A stretch of DNA of 45,438 bases from Chthonomonadales bacterium (lineage in GTDB: Bacteria; Armatimonadota; Chthonomonadetes; Chthonomonadales; CAJBBX01), in assembly GCA_049967475.1 (NCBI GenBank), contig JBMFSQ010000028.1:1-45438 (forward strand), written 5' to 3'. The translations under genes and the position numbers were made by a program. Numbering within the stretch: the first letter of the stretch is position 1; each line of letters opens with the position of its first letter. Below the pieces are notes generated by a model. The model worked only from the letters and a program-made list of their open reading frames with translations. It was not told where the DNA came from and ran no database searches. Below are positions 18,825 to 26,489 of the stretch, in pieces.

Positions 18825-19154
18825 TTATCCTCGGAGTGCCGCGAAGAAGGCGATGACCATACCTGCGATGCCCACCAAAGTCAGGAGAGGGGACACGAAA
18901 CCGAAGGCCGCCCATCGGAGGATCTCGAGCAGGGTGCGGGTACGGCGGAGGGGTGCGCCATCGGGGATGGGGCGGTCCTCGGCAGCGAGCGTCACCCAGG
19001 GGATCGAGAGCATGAGTACGCAGAGGATTACTACGGCATCGTCTACAAATCCCGGCCAGCCGTGCTTCGCGATGAAGTGTTCAGCCAGACTGACACACAC
19101 CATCAGTCCGAGGACGGTGCCTACAATCGGGATGTTCTGCGTTCGGGTATTCAT
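18825..19154 (-). CDS. Hypothetical small membrane protein (3 TM)
   Basis: 109 aa from MNTRTQNIPIVGT; three hydrophobic segments; fills an otherwise empty gap. Confidence 0.55.
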   Translation of the reverse strand: MNTRTQNIPIVGTVLGLMVCVSLAEHFIAKHGWPGFVDDAVVILCVLMLSIPWVTLAAEDRPIPDGAPLRRTRTLLEILRWAAFGFVSPLLTLVGIAGMVIAFFAALRG

Positions 19155-19347
19155 AGGTCTATCGGCAGGTCCCTTGCGCCGGGACCAATTACGTGGACGG
19201 TGCTGCACCGACAAGGTTACACGGTGGGGCATCCGTTCCGTTATGTCAGACGAACGCCGGATGCGATTGTTCGGTGGTTGAGTTGATAATTCGTTGATGG
19301 CGCTCAGCCGATATATCCGTTGAGCGGCTGCTGTGTGGGAGATTTGG

Positions 19348-19587
19348 ATGCAGCTCTATATTGTGGACTTCAAGTTCCGCAAGAATGTGTCGCTCGCGCG
19401 GCGGGAGCGAATACTCGCCTCGCTGCGCGTAGGCCAGCCGGTGAGCCTTCCCGAACTCCTAGCAGGTGCGTCGTGGGTGCAGTGCACATCCATGGAAGAG
19501 GCCGAGAAGCGCGCTGCATATCTGCGCACGCTTGCCGAAGTCGAGAGTGCTTCCGTGGCCATCTCCTGCCAAGGTGACGCAGCCTAG
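19348..19587 (+). CDS. Small hypothetical protein resembling a subtilase prodomain / I9-like ferredoxin fold
   Basis: 79 aa MQLYIVDFKFRKNVSLARRERILASL...SMEEAEKRAAYLRTLAEVESASV; GGGAGA RBS; TGATAAT about 60 nt upstream; fold call is pattern inference only. Confidence 0.5.
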   Translation: MQLYIVDFKFRKNVSLARRERILASLRVGQPVSLPELLAGASWVQCTSMEEAEKRAAYLRTLAEVESASVAISCQGDAA

Positions 19588-19640
19588 TTTCTAAGGCACA
19601 CCCCGCCGTTTGCCCTTTTGGCGGCCCGCTCCGTTTCGTT

Positions 19641-19686
19641 GGGGACCCCCTCTCGGGTTTGAGCGAGAGGGGGTTCTTGTATGTTT
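19641..19686 (+). terminator. Probable intrinsic terminator
   Basis: 15-bp stem ggggaccccctctcg/cgagagggggttctt (with G-U pairs) followed by gtatgttt. Confidence 0.55.
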
Positions 19687-19777
19687 GCCCCCCAATCCTC
19701 CCCGTTGCAATCCGGCAATTCCCACAGCGATCTTGCCTGCGCCCCAAGCCGACAATCGGGAGTGCGTGGTTTCAGCA

Positions 19778-19868
19778 GCTCTCGAGAAGGGCAAACCTGC
19801 CGCAAGGTAGGGACGCAAAGCTTACGGGTCTCGGTGCGTGCATCGAGACGGCCGAGCCGCCGAAAGGG
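19778..19868 (+). ncRNA. c-di-GMP-I (GEMM) riboswitch aptamer 1
   Basis: GGCAAA-CCTGCC-GCAA-GGTAGG-GACGCAAA-GC..GGGTCT-stem-AGACGGCCGAGCCGCCGAA; matches the GEMM consensus with a GNRA-capped P2. Confidence 0.88.
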
Positions 19869-20077
19869 CAATCGCTGCTTGAGCCTCACGGACGAGGCTC
19901 AGTGCGGTTCATCTCCTCGAGGAGCAGTGCGGAACCTCCGGCGCAACCCACCGGCGTCGCACCGGCGGATTGCGCATCAGTGCAAAGACAACCGGATTGT
20001 TCGTTGGGCAGGAGCTTCGGCGCTTGCCCGCGAGCATCCACGACCACGATCAACGGAGAAGAGAAGCCGCACGGATG

Positions 20078-20168
20078 CTCCGATAACGGCAAACCGTTCG
20101 AAAGGGCGGGACGCAAAGCTATAGGGCCTCTCCCGGTTCGCCGGGGTGGCAGCCTGGCTGCCGAAGAG
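20078..20168 (+). ncRNA. c-di-GMP-I (GEMM) riboswitch aptamer 2
   Basis: GGCAAA-CCGTTC-GAAA-GGGCGG-GACGCAAA-GCTATAGGGCCT-stem(UUCG)-GGCAGCCTGGCTGCCGAA; about 32 nt upstream of the S8 start codon. Confidence 0.92.
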
Positions 20169-20199
20169 CTACCAGACCGAGGTTTGGAGCATCCCGCAC

Positions 20200-21927
20200 A
20201 TGGAAAAACGAACCCATTACCTTTGGGCTGCCGATGCCATCTTGGGCAGCGCGTGTATAGCAGCCGTGCTGTTCTTGGTGGTTGGGGCGAGCCCCATCGC
20301 TGCACGAGCCGACGCACCTTCTGCCAAATGCGATCGGTTCCTCACCGAGAAGATGGCCTCCGCTCCAAAGAGCGGCTGGTCCTATGTGATTGCACGGTTG
20401 GCAGGGGATCTCACGGCGAGCCGGGAGCAAGCCCTGCACCGCTGCGGCGCAGACATCCGCCGCAGACTACCTATCATCGGAAGCGTGGCCCTTGCCGTTC
20501 CATCCAGGAATTTGGCCAAGCTGGCCGCCCTTCCCTTTATCGTGCGCCTCTCGTCCGACGAAATGGTGAAGAAATCCGACGAGTTCACCGTGGCTTCCAG
20601 CGGAGCCGATGTGGCCTTCGCCAACTTCGGTCTCACCGGCCGCGGTGTGACCGTAGCCGTGATTGACAGCGGCATCCAGCGCCATCCGGATCTCAGGGAT
20701 GCGCAGTCTGGTTTCCGCGTAGTCGCATCGGCGAACTTCGTTCCCGGCGCGGACTCGGCGCGGGACGAATGCGGTCATGGCACCCACGTGGCAGGCATCA
20801 TCGCGGGCAACGGGAGTGCTTCGTCGGGGCCGAACTGCTTCCGAACGTTCTACGGCATCGCCCGCCGGGCGAACCTCGTGAACGTGCGGGTGTTGGACGA
20901 CACGGGCCAGGGTACCGTAAGCGGCGTGATCGCCGGCATCCAGTGGGTCATCAACCATCGCGCCGATTACGGCATCCGCATCATGAACCTCTCCATGGGG
21001 CATCCGGTGGGCGAAAGCTACACCACAGATCCGTTGTGCCAGGCTGTAGAACAAGCCTGGAAGAGCGGCATCTTCGTAGTGTGCGCTGCCGGAAATATGG
21101 GCCGAAAGAATGCAACGCGCACACCGGGGGCGGATAACGACGGCTGGGGTACCGCCTATGGCACCATCCAGTCACCGGGGAACGATCCCTACGTGCTCAC
21201 CGTCGGCGCAATGCGCTCCATGGACGGCATCCGAAGCCACGATACCATCGCCACCTATTCCAGCAGGGGACCCACTCGGCTGGACTTCGTGCTGAAGCCG
21301 GATATCGTGGCGCCGGGGAACCAGATCATCTCACTCTCCGCCCACGACGGCTACCTGGTCAACACCTATCCGCAGAACCTGGTGCCGCCTTCCACCTACA
21401 GCACCATGCCGCGATCCGACGCTTCCAGTCCCTACTATCGGCTCTCGGGGACGTCTATGGCAGCGCCGGTGGTAGCAGGAGCGGCGGCGCTCATGCTGGA
21501 GAAGGATCCCACGCTCACTCCCGACACCCTCAAGGTGCGGCTGATGCTTTCGGCGGACCGGTGGTCTGCGCCGGACGGCACATGGGATCCGTGCACGTAC
21601 GGAGCGGGATATCTGGATATTCCGGCAGCGCTCACCTGTTCCGCCACGCCGGCGATTGCGGCTCTGAGCCCTACGCTCTACCTGGACAGCTCCGGCAATG
21701 TGCGCGTGAACACCCAGAACATCATCTGGGGCGAGAATATCATCTGGGGTGTCTCGGGGGTAACGGACCTCAACATTATCTGGGGTGAGAATATCATCTG
21801 GGGCACCAATATCATCTGGGGTACCGGCACGCTCGCCGGCGATCCCATCTGGACCGACAACATCATCTGGGGCACGAGTACGGCGGCGATTGACCTCTCC
21901 AACTCTGTGCGCACAGGGGATGACTGA
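20200..21927 (+). CDS. Secreted subtilisin-like S8 serine peptidase (AprX-like catalytic domain) with C-terminal NIIWG repeats
   Basis: 575 aa; signal-like N-terminus, prodomain, catalytic triad VAVIDSG / HGTHVAG / GTSMAAP, AAGN oxyanion motif, KPDIVAPG; GGAG RBS at 20186. Confidence 0.93.
   Translation: MEKRTHYLWAADAILGSACIAAVLFLVVGASPIAARADAPSAKCDRFLTEKMASAPKSGWSYVIARLAGDLTASREQALHRCGADIRRRLPIIGSVALAVPSRNLAKLAALPFIVRLSSDEMVKKSDEFTVASSGADVAFANFGLTGRGVTVAVIDSGIQRHPDLRDAQSGFRVVASANFVPGADSARDECGHGTHVAGIIAGNGSASSGPNCFRTFYGIARRANLVNVRVLDDTGQGTVSGVIAGIQWVINHRADYGIRIMNLSMGHPVGESYTTDPLCQAVEQAWKSGIFVVCAAGNMGRKNATRTPGADNDGWGTAYGTIQSPGNDPYVLTVGAMRSMDGIRSHDTIATYSSRGPTRLDFVLKPDIVAPGNQIISLSAHDGYLVNTYPQNLVPPSTYSTMPRSDASSPYYRLSGTSMAAPVVAGAAALMLEKDPTLTPDTLKVRLMLSADRWSAPDGTWDPCTYGAGYLDIPAALTCSATPAIAALSPTLYLDSSGNVRVNTQNIIWGENIIWGVSGVTDLNIIWGENIIWGTNIIWGTGTLAGDPIWTDNIIWGTSTAAIDLSNSVRTGDD
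21718..21873 (+). repeat. Intragenic peptide repeat: six NIIWG units plus one degenerate PIWT
   Basis: NIIWGENIIWGVSGVTDLNIIWGENIIWGTNIIWGTGTLAGDPIWTDNIIWG; DNA unit aayatyatctgggg. Confidence 0.9.
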
Positions 21928-21956
21928 GCATCGGGGCGAAGCCCCACTTACAAGAG

Positions 21957-21988
21957 GCTCCGCCGGCAAAGGCGCAGGCGGGGCCTCA
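21957..21988. terminator. GC-rich hairpin between convergent S8 and metallophosphoesterase genes
   Basis: gaggctccgcc / ggcggggcctc stem; no clear U-tract. Confidence 0.35.
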
Positions 21989-22006
21989 TCTGATTCGCCA
22001 TTGCCA

Positions 22007-24157
22007 TCACGGGGCTGCGGCTGGGACACGTAGAGCGTAAACCCGGTTTGCGAAGCTCCCGATGAAGGTGAGGGTTCCGTCTGAGGCGGGTGTGCTGAAG
22101 CAGAAGCCTGGGTCCAACCGGTATTGGTAGCCCACTTTGCCGCTTGCGGGATCCAGCCAGGTCATGACACCGGCTGTGGAGCCGATGGCGATCCATGGGC
22201 CTGCAACCGCCGGCGAAGCATCGTACCGATCTGCTTTGGTAACGCTCTCCCACATTAGTGTGCCCGTTTTGGCATCCAAAGCGTAGACGTTACCGCGACC
22301 GGCTTCACCCAGGCCGCCTACATAGACGCGCCCGTTCTGAAGCATCGGGGACGAATAGCCGAACACGTCCTTGCCCTGTGGCGCCCGCACGGCCCATTCC
22401 TCGGATCCGCTTCCGGCATCCAAGCAGTGAAGGAGGCCGTCGTTTGTGCACACGTATACCCGCCCGTGGGCGGCAGCGGGCGAAGCGATGGCAGGGCTGT
22501 AATAGAAGGAGAGCGCGCCGCGTCCGCCATCCGTGCGGCCCATAGATGCCTTCCATTTCAGGGCGCCTGATTGGGCATCCACGGCGTAGACCGCGTTGTC
22601 CCATCCGCCCAGAAAGAACACGCCGTCCATGGCTGCAGCTCTACTCTGGAAGAAGCCGCCCGTCTCCACGGTCCACCGGGACTTCCCCGTAACGGCGTCC
22701 AGACCATAGATGCGCCGGTTACTCCCAATGCAGATGACGCCGTTGGCTTCGGCGGCCGTGGCGAAGATGGGTGACCCCGTGTCGAACTTCCAGCGCACGC
22801 GGCCGCTCCGTGCATCCAGCGCGTAGAAAAAGTGATCCAGGGAACCAACGAACACTGCGTCGGCAGTGACCAGGGGCGAGGCGTAGATGGGGCCCCGGGT
22901 GGATGCCGCCCAGCGGCGCCTCCCGGTGGAGGCATCCAGAGCGTAGACTCGCCCGTCGAAAGAAGTCACAAAAACCGCGCTGCCGGAAGCCGCCGGGCTG
23001 CTTTGGATGATATCCCCCGTGTCGAAACTCCATTCCTGCTTGGGATGGCCGCTTACCCGCTCTACCACGAAGGGCTCCCGACGGCGATACACCGTTCCAT
23101 CCGGCGCAGTGAAGTACAGTGTGAGGACGTGGGCTCCGTCGCCGAGCGGGGCGGTGTCGAAACGGCCTAGGAAGCGTCCGGGTGAGGGGCCCTTTCTGCC
23201 CGGGAAGCGCCGCAAGTCCCTTTCCATCGGTTGCAGCGGGCCTTCATCCAGCGCGTATTGGGCCTGAACCCGTTCGTCGGTAACAGGGCCGGCGTCCGTG
23301 CGCAACTCGGCAAGGAACTGTCTGCGTTCCAGTACGGCAACATTGGGATCGTCCCATCCGAATGCGATGCGCGGGCGGGGCGGAGCCGACGTGGGGAGGG
23401 TGGCAATGAGTGCAGGCTTCCAGTTCTCTTCTTTGCGCAGGCGATAAACACGTACGCTGGAGGGCGTCACCTCCACGCGGTGGAAGGATCCCTGATAGAG
23501 ACCGCGGGCCTCGAAGCAGGGGATGCCGTTCACTTTCCATTCCAGGTCCGAATGGCCGTGCCCAACAAAGATCGCGGCGATATTGTAGGGGGCAATCCTG
23601 CGGAGAAGATCCTCTTCGTTATCTACCTGTTTGGAATTCCCGATGGGGTGGTGGAAGAAGAGGAATACGGGCGTCCCCCGCTTGAGCTTCTTGAGGTCCT
23701 TCTCCAGCCAGTTGAGCTCGGCTGCGTCAAAGTGCCCCCAATGTTCCAGGACCACTGTGCTGTCCAGCACCACGAAGTGGCATCCGCCGGCATCGAAGGA
23801 TTGGTAGAGCTTGCCGAACACGTCGGCAAAACCTTCTTTGCCTAGGGGGTTCCAGCGTACATCGTGGTTGCCTGGAGCGCAATAGATGGGTACGGCGAGG
23901 GGCTTCACGGCTTGCTGGAAGCGCTGGAATTCTTCGGGCCTCCCGGCTTCGGTTACGTCGCCGGTGTCCACCACGAATGCCGGCAGGGGGGCCATCGCAT
24001 TGACGCGGCGCACGAGATCTTCCAGAGCCCCTACATTGCTCGAAGCCGTAAGATGTGTGTCGGTGATGTGGACGAAGGAGAGGGCCTCAGGCGCGTGTCG
24101 GGCAGAGGCGCGCGCGCATGCTGTTAGGAGCAGGCAGGCCAAGAGAATGCGTTTCAT
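22007..24157 (-). CDS. Exported calcineurin-like metallophosphoesterase fused to PQQ/BamB-like beta-propeller repeats
   Basis: 716 aa; signal or lipobox-like MKRILLACLLLTAC; DTH, GDVT, GNHD, HHP, GHGH motifs; repeated S-S-P...YALDAxTG..W blades. Confidence 0.88.
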   Translation of the reverse strand: MKRILLACLLLTACARASARHAPEALSFVHITDTHLTASSNVGALEDLVRRVNAMAPLPAFVVDTGDVTEAGRPEEFQRFQQAVKPLAVPIYCAPGNHDVRWNPLGKEGFADVFGKLYQSFDAGGCHFVVLDSTVVLEHWGHFDAAELNWLEKDLKKLKRGTPVFLFFHHPIGNSKQVDNEEDLLRRIAPYNIAAIFVGHGHSDLEWKVNGIPCFEARGLYQGSFHRVEVTPSSVRVYRLRKEENWKPALIATLPTSAPPRPRIAFGWDDPNVAVLERRQFLAELRTDAGPVTDERVQAQYALDEGPLQPMERDLRRFPGRKGPSPGRFLGRFDTAPLGDGAHVLTLYFTAPDGTVYRRREPFVVERVSGHPKQEWSFDTGDIIQSSPAASGSAVFVTSFDGRVYALDASTGRRRWAASTRGPIYASPLVTADAVFVGSLDHFFYALDARSGRVRWKFDTGSPIFATAAEANGVICIGSNRRIYGLDAVTGKSRWTVETGGFFQSRAAAMDGVFFLGGWDNAVYAVDAQSGALKWKASMGRTDGGRGALSFYYSPAIASPAAAHGRVYVCTNDGLLHCLDAGSGSEEWAVRAPQGKDVFGYSSPMLQNGRVYVGGLGEAGRGNVYALDAKTGTLMWESVTKADRYDASPAVAGPWIAIGSTAGVMTWLDPASGKVGYQYRLDPGFCFSTPASDGTLTFIGSFANRVYALRVPAAAP

Positions 24158-24340
24158 GCAATCACCCCCATGGGAACCGGATCCGGGGTTTTTGGGAATA
24201 GGTGGAATACCCGGGCTCTTTGTCATTGTACACGATGAGTCGCCTGCCTTCCGCACGGCATATCCTCGGCTGCGGCGCTCTTCGGGTACTCTATCGTAAG
24301 CGCCGCCGGCCGGCAGGTCATCGCACCAGGGGAAGAGCCC

Positions 24341-25336
24341 ATGTCTTTTGATGTATTCGCGATGTGCAACGCGCTGTTCGATGTGCAAGCCAACGTAGAG
24401 GATCACGTCCTCACCGATCTTGGCGTGGAGAAGGGAAGCATGCGGCTTATGGACCGTGACGAGCTCCACGCCATTCTCACGCAAATCGCACCCCGCATCG
24501 TCCTTCGTGAGCCGGGAGGATCGGGAGCCAACACTGCGTGGGGGCTGGCCTTGCTGGGCGGGTCGGCCTGCTTTACGAGCCACGTGGGGACGGACGAGTA
24601 CGGCCGTCTCTACCGGCAGGGTCTGATTGCCCGCGGCGTGAAGGCGAACCTAGGGGTCGAACCCGGGGACACGGGCCTCTGTGTGGTACTGGTTACTCCG
24701 GATGCGCAGCGTACGATGGGGACATTCCTTGGACGCTCGCGCGACCTGGTGCCCGGGGACGTGAACCTGAGGGATCTTCGGGAGGCAAAGTACCTTTACG
24801 TTACGGCGTACCTGTGGGACACTCCAAACCAACAGGAAGCGGTGCTGCTGGCCATGGCCGAAGCGCGGAGGGCCGGCGTTCGGGTAGCCGTCAGCCTCTC
24901 GGACACCTTCTGCGTAATGCGCCACAAGAGCGACTTGGAGCGCCTGGTGAAGGAGTATGCCCACGTGGTGCTGGGCAACAAGGATGAAGCCCAGGAACTC
25001 ACCGGAACAGCCGACGCCTTTTCAGCCTCGGAGATCCTGGCCCAGTGGGCGGACACGGTGGTGATTACCATGGGCGCCGACGGAGCACTGATACGGAAAG
25101 GACCTCACACGTACCCAATCCCCGCGCGTTCGGTGGATGCAGTAGACACGACGGGCGCCGGGGACATGTACGCGGCCGGCTTCCTGTACGGGCTATCCCG
25201 GGATCTGCCCCTGCCGATGTGCGGTCGCATGGCGGCCCATGTGGCCGCGGAAGTGGTGGCGCGAATGGGGCCGCGTCTGAGGCATCTGGATGTGGAAGCG
25301 ATGGAAGCGCTCATGCTCCCTTCCGTGCAGGAGTGA
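24341..25336 (+). CDS. PfkB-family carbohydrate kinase (adenosine kinase-like)
   Basis: 331 aa; NALFD, PGGSGANT, VTPDAQRTM, N..EA, TMGADG, DTTGAGDMYAAGFLYG. Confidence 0.92.
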   Translation: MSFDVFAMCNALFDVQANVEDHVLTDLGVEKGSMRLMDRDELHAILTQIAPRIVLREPGGSGANTAWGLALLGGSACFTSHVGTDEYGRLYRQGLIARGVKANLGVEPGDTGLCVVLVTPDAQRTMGTFLGRSRDLVPGDVNLRDLREAKYLYVTAYLWDTPNQQEAVLLAMAEARRAGVRVAVSLSDTFCVMRHKSDLERLVKEYAHVVLGNKDEAQELTGTADAFSASEILAQWADTVVITMGADGALIRKGPHTYPIPARSVDAVDTTGAGDMYAAGFLYGLSRDLPLPMCGRMAAHVAAEVVARMGPRLRHLDVEAMEALMLPSVQE

Positions 25337-25374
25337 GCGATGACGGGTGCGCGGAGGGTTGACGGGTGCCGGCG

Positions 25375-25412
25375 CAAGAAAAGGCCCCTCGTCTTGTGAA
25401 GCGAGGGGCCTT
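25375..25412 (-). terminator. Intrinsic terminator downstream of DUF1559 copy A
   Basis: 11-bp stem aaggcccctcg/cgaggggcctt, followed on the minus strand by a U-rich tail (ttttcttg). Confidence 0.75.
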
Positions 25413-25437
25413 CGGTTACCCTATGAGGACAGGCAGA

Positions 25438-26286
25438 TTAGAGCTGCCCGCCTGTGGTGAGGTTGAGCCAGGTAAGGTTCTGCCAGCGGTAGAATTTGGC
25501 GTGACCGTCCACAAAGCTCACGTTGGAACCTCCGTGGTGGCGCGCCGATTGTTCCATCTTGGCTTGACCATAGGTGTTGATATAGTACTGGGCGTTGTGG
25601 CAGCAGTCCCACATGATGCAGCACCCTTCCCGCTGGGATGCCGCCGCAGAGCGGATGGCGATCCAATCGGGCTTTGCCCAACTTGAGGGCCAGTTCGTTT
25701 CCCACACGTCCGCCAATTGGGATGCGTTGTCGCCGAACATCATTCGGTTGGCCGGCGTTGGGATAGCCGCGAGCTTGGCTACGTGCCAGCCCCCGCCCCA
25801 ATAGCCTGCCATGAGGTTCTCTGCGACGCCATAGGATACGTAGTTGGGATTGCATCCGTCCCAGAAATTGCATCCCACACCTGTGTTGGGATTGAAGGGG
25901 CCGAAGATGTCGTGCCGGCCTCCGTCGTCGCTGCAATTGGCCCAGGCATCGTCCCATTGAAGGATGTCTTCGGGGCAGCGGTAGATGCCGGTGTTTTTGA
26001 CGTAGGGATAGATGGCCGGAGCCCAGAAGGCAGAGCTGTCCCTGGGCAACCCCTGGTTGGCACCGTTGCAGTAGTAGCCCCAGTTCCATGCCCAGAAGAC
26101 TTCGTCGTAGTCCTGCACATACATGAGCGCGCCCAAGGTGAGCTGCTTCACGTTGGAGAGGCAGGAAGAGGTGCGGGCTGCGGCACGCGCTTGGGCGAAG
26201 ACAGGAAACAGAATAGCTGCCAAGATCGCGATGATTGCGATCACCACAAGCAGCTCGATTAGGGTAAAGCCTTTGTGCTTACGCAT
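25438..26286 (-). CDS. Prepilin-type N-terminal cleavage/methylation, DUF1559 and H-X9-DG domain protein, copy A
   Basis: 282 aa from [86 protein letters not shown]. Confidence 0.92.
   Translation of the reverse strand: MRKHKGFTLIELLVVIAIIAILAAILFPVFAQARAAARTSSCLSNVKQLTLGALMYVQDYDEVFWAWNWGYYCNGANQGLPRDSSAFWAPAIYPYVKNTGIYRCPEDILQWDDAWANCSDDGGRHDIFGPFNPNTGVGCNFWDGCNPNYVSYGVAENLMAGYWGGGWHVAKLAAIPTPANRMMFGDNASQLADVWETNWPSSWAKPDWIAIRSAAASQREGCCIMWDCCHNAQYYINTYGQAKMEQSARHHGGSNVSFVDGHAKFYRWQNLTWLNLTTGGQL
25443..26275. repeat. 833-bp direct repeat, copy 1 (partner 26495-27327, offset 1052)
   Basis: No mismatch seen by eye; ORF-track translations in several frames are identical between copies (e.g. 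25717..26262 vs 26769..27314). Confidence 0.93.
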
Positions 26287-26444
26287 CGAAGTAGACCCTC
26301 CCTTAGGTTTCGAGTTCCGATAATTGGAATGACACGCGCAAGGCGAGGCCACCGGCTCAATGCCGGCAGAGGCGCGCCCGGAGGGCCCCGTGCGGATACG
26401 AATGCGGCCGGAGCGGCCATGCATTCACCCCCTAAATGATGATA

Positions 26445-26478
26445 GGGCGTTTGTTCCGGATGTCCGGAACAAACGCCC
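26445..26478. terminator. Perfect 16-bp inverted repeat immediately downstream of DUF1559 copy B (terminator or stabiliser hairpin)
   Basis: gggcgtttgttccgga-tg-tccggaacaaacgccc; weak tail (tatcatcattt) on the minus strand. Confidence 0.6.
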
Positions 26479-26489
26479 CAACGCGAACC

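Noticed and set aside
19778..20168. cGAMP-sensing (GEMM-Ib) variant
   Set aside because: Both aptamers have G, not A, at the G20-equivalent position (GGCAAA)
19659..20666. ORFs 19659..20666 and 19681..20124, including a GTG 19927 leader peptide
   Set aside because: They overlap the riboswitches or the S8 gene, have low-complexity Arg/Pro/Ser composition, and the GGAG is only 2 nt from the GTG
21718..21873. CRISPR-like short repeats
   Set aside because: Units are about 15 bp, in frame, with 3-24 nt spacers and synonymous variation, so this is a protein repeat; no cas genes are present
26259..26420. 53-aa minus-strand ORF ([12 protein letters not shown]...) in the spacer between the DUF1559 copies
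   Set aside because: It has an SD-like AGGGGG but no recognisable features and overlaps the start of copy A out of frame; insufficient support
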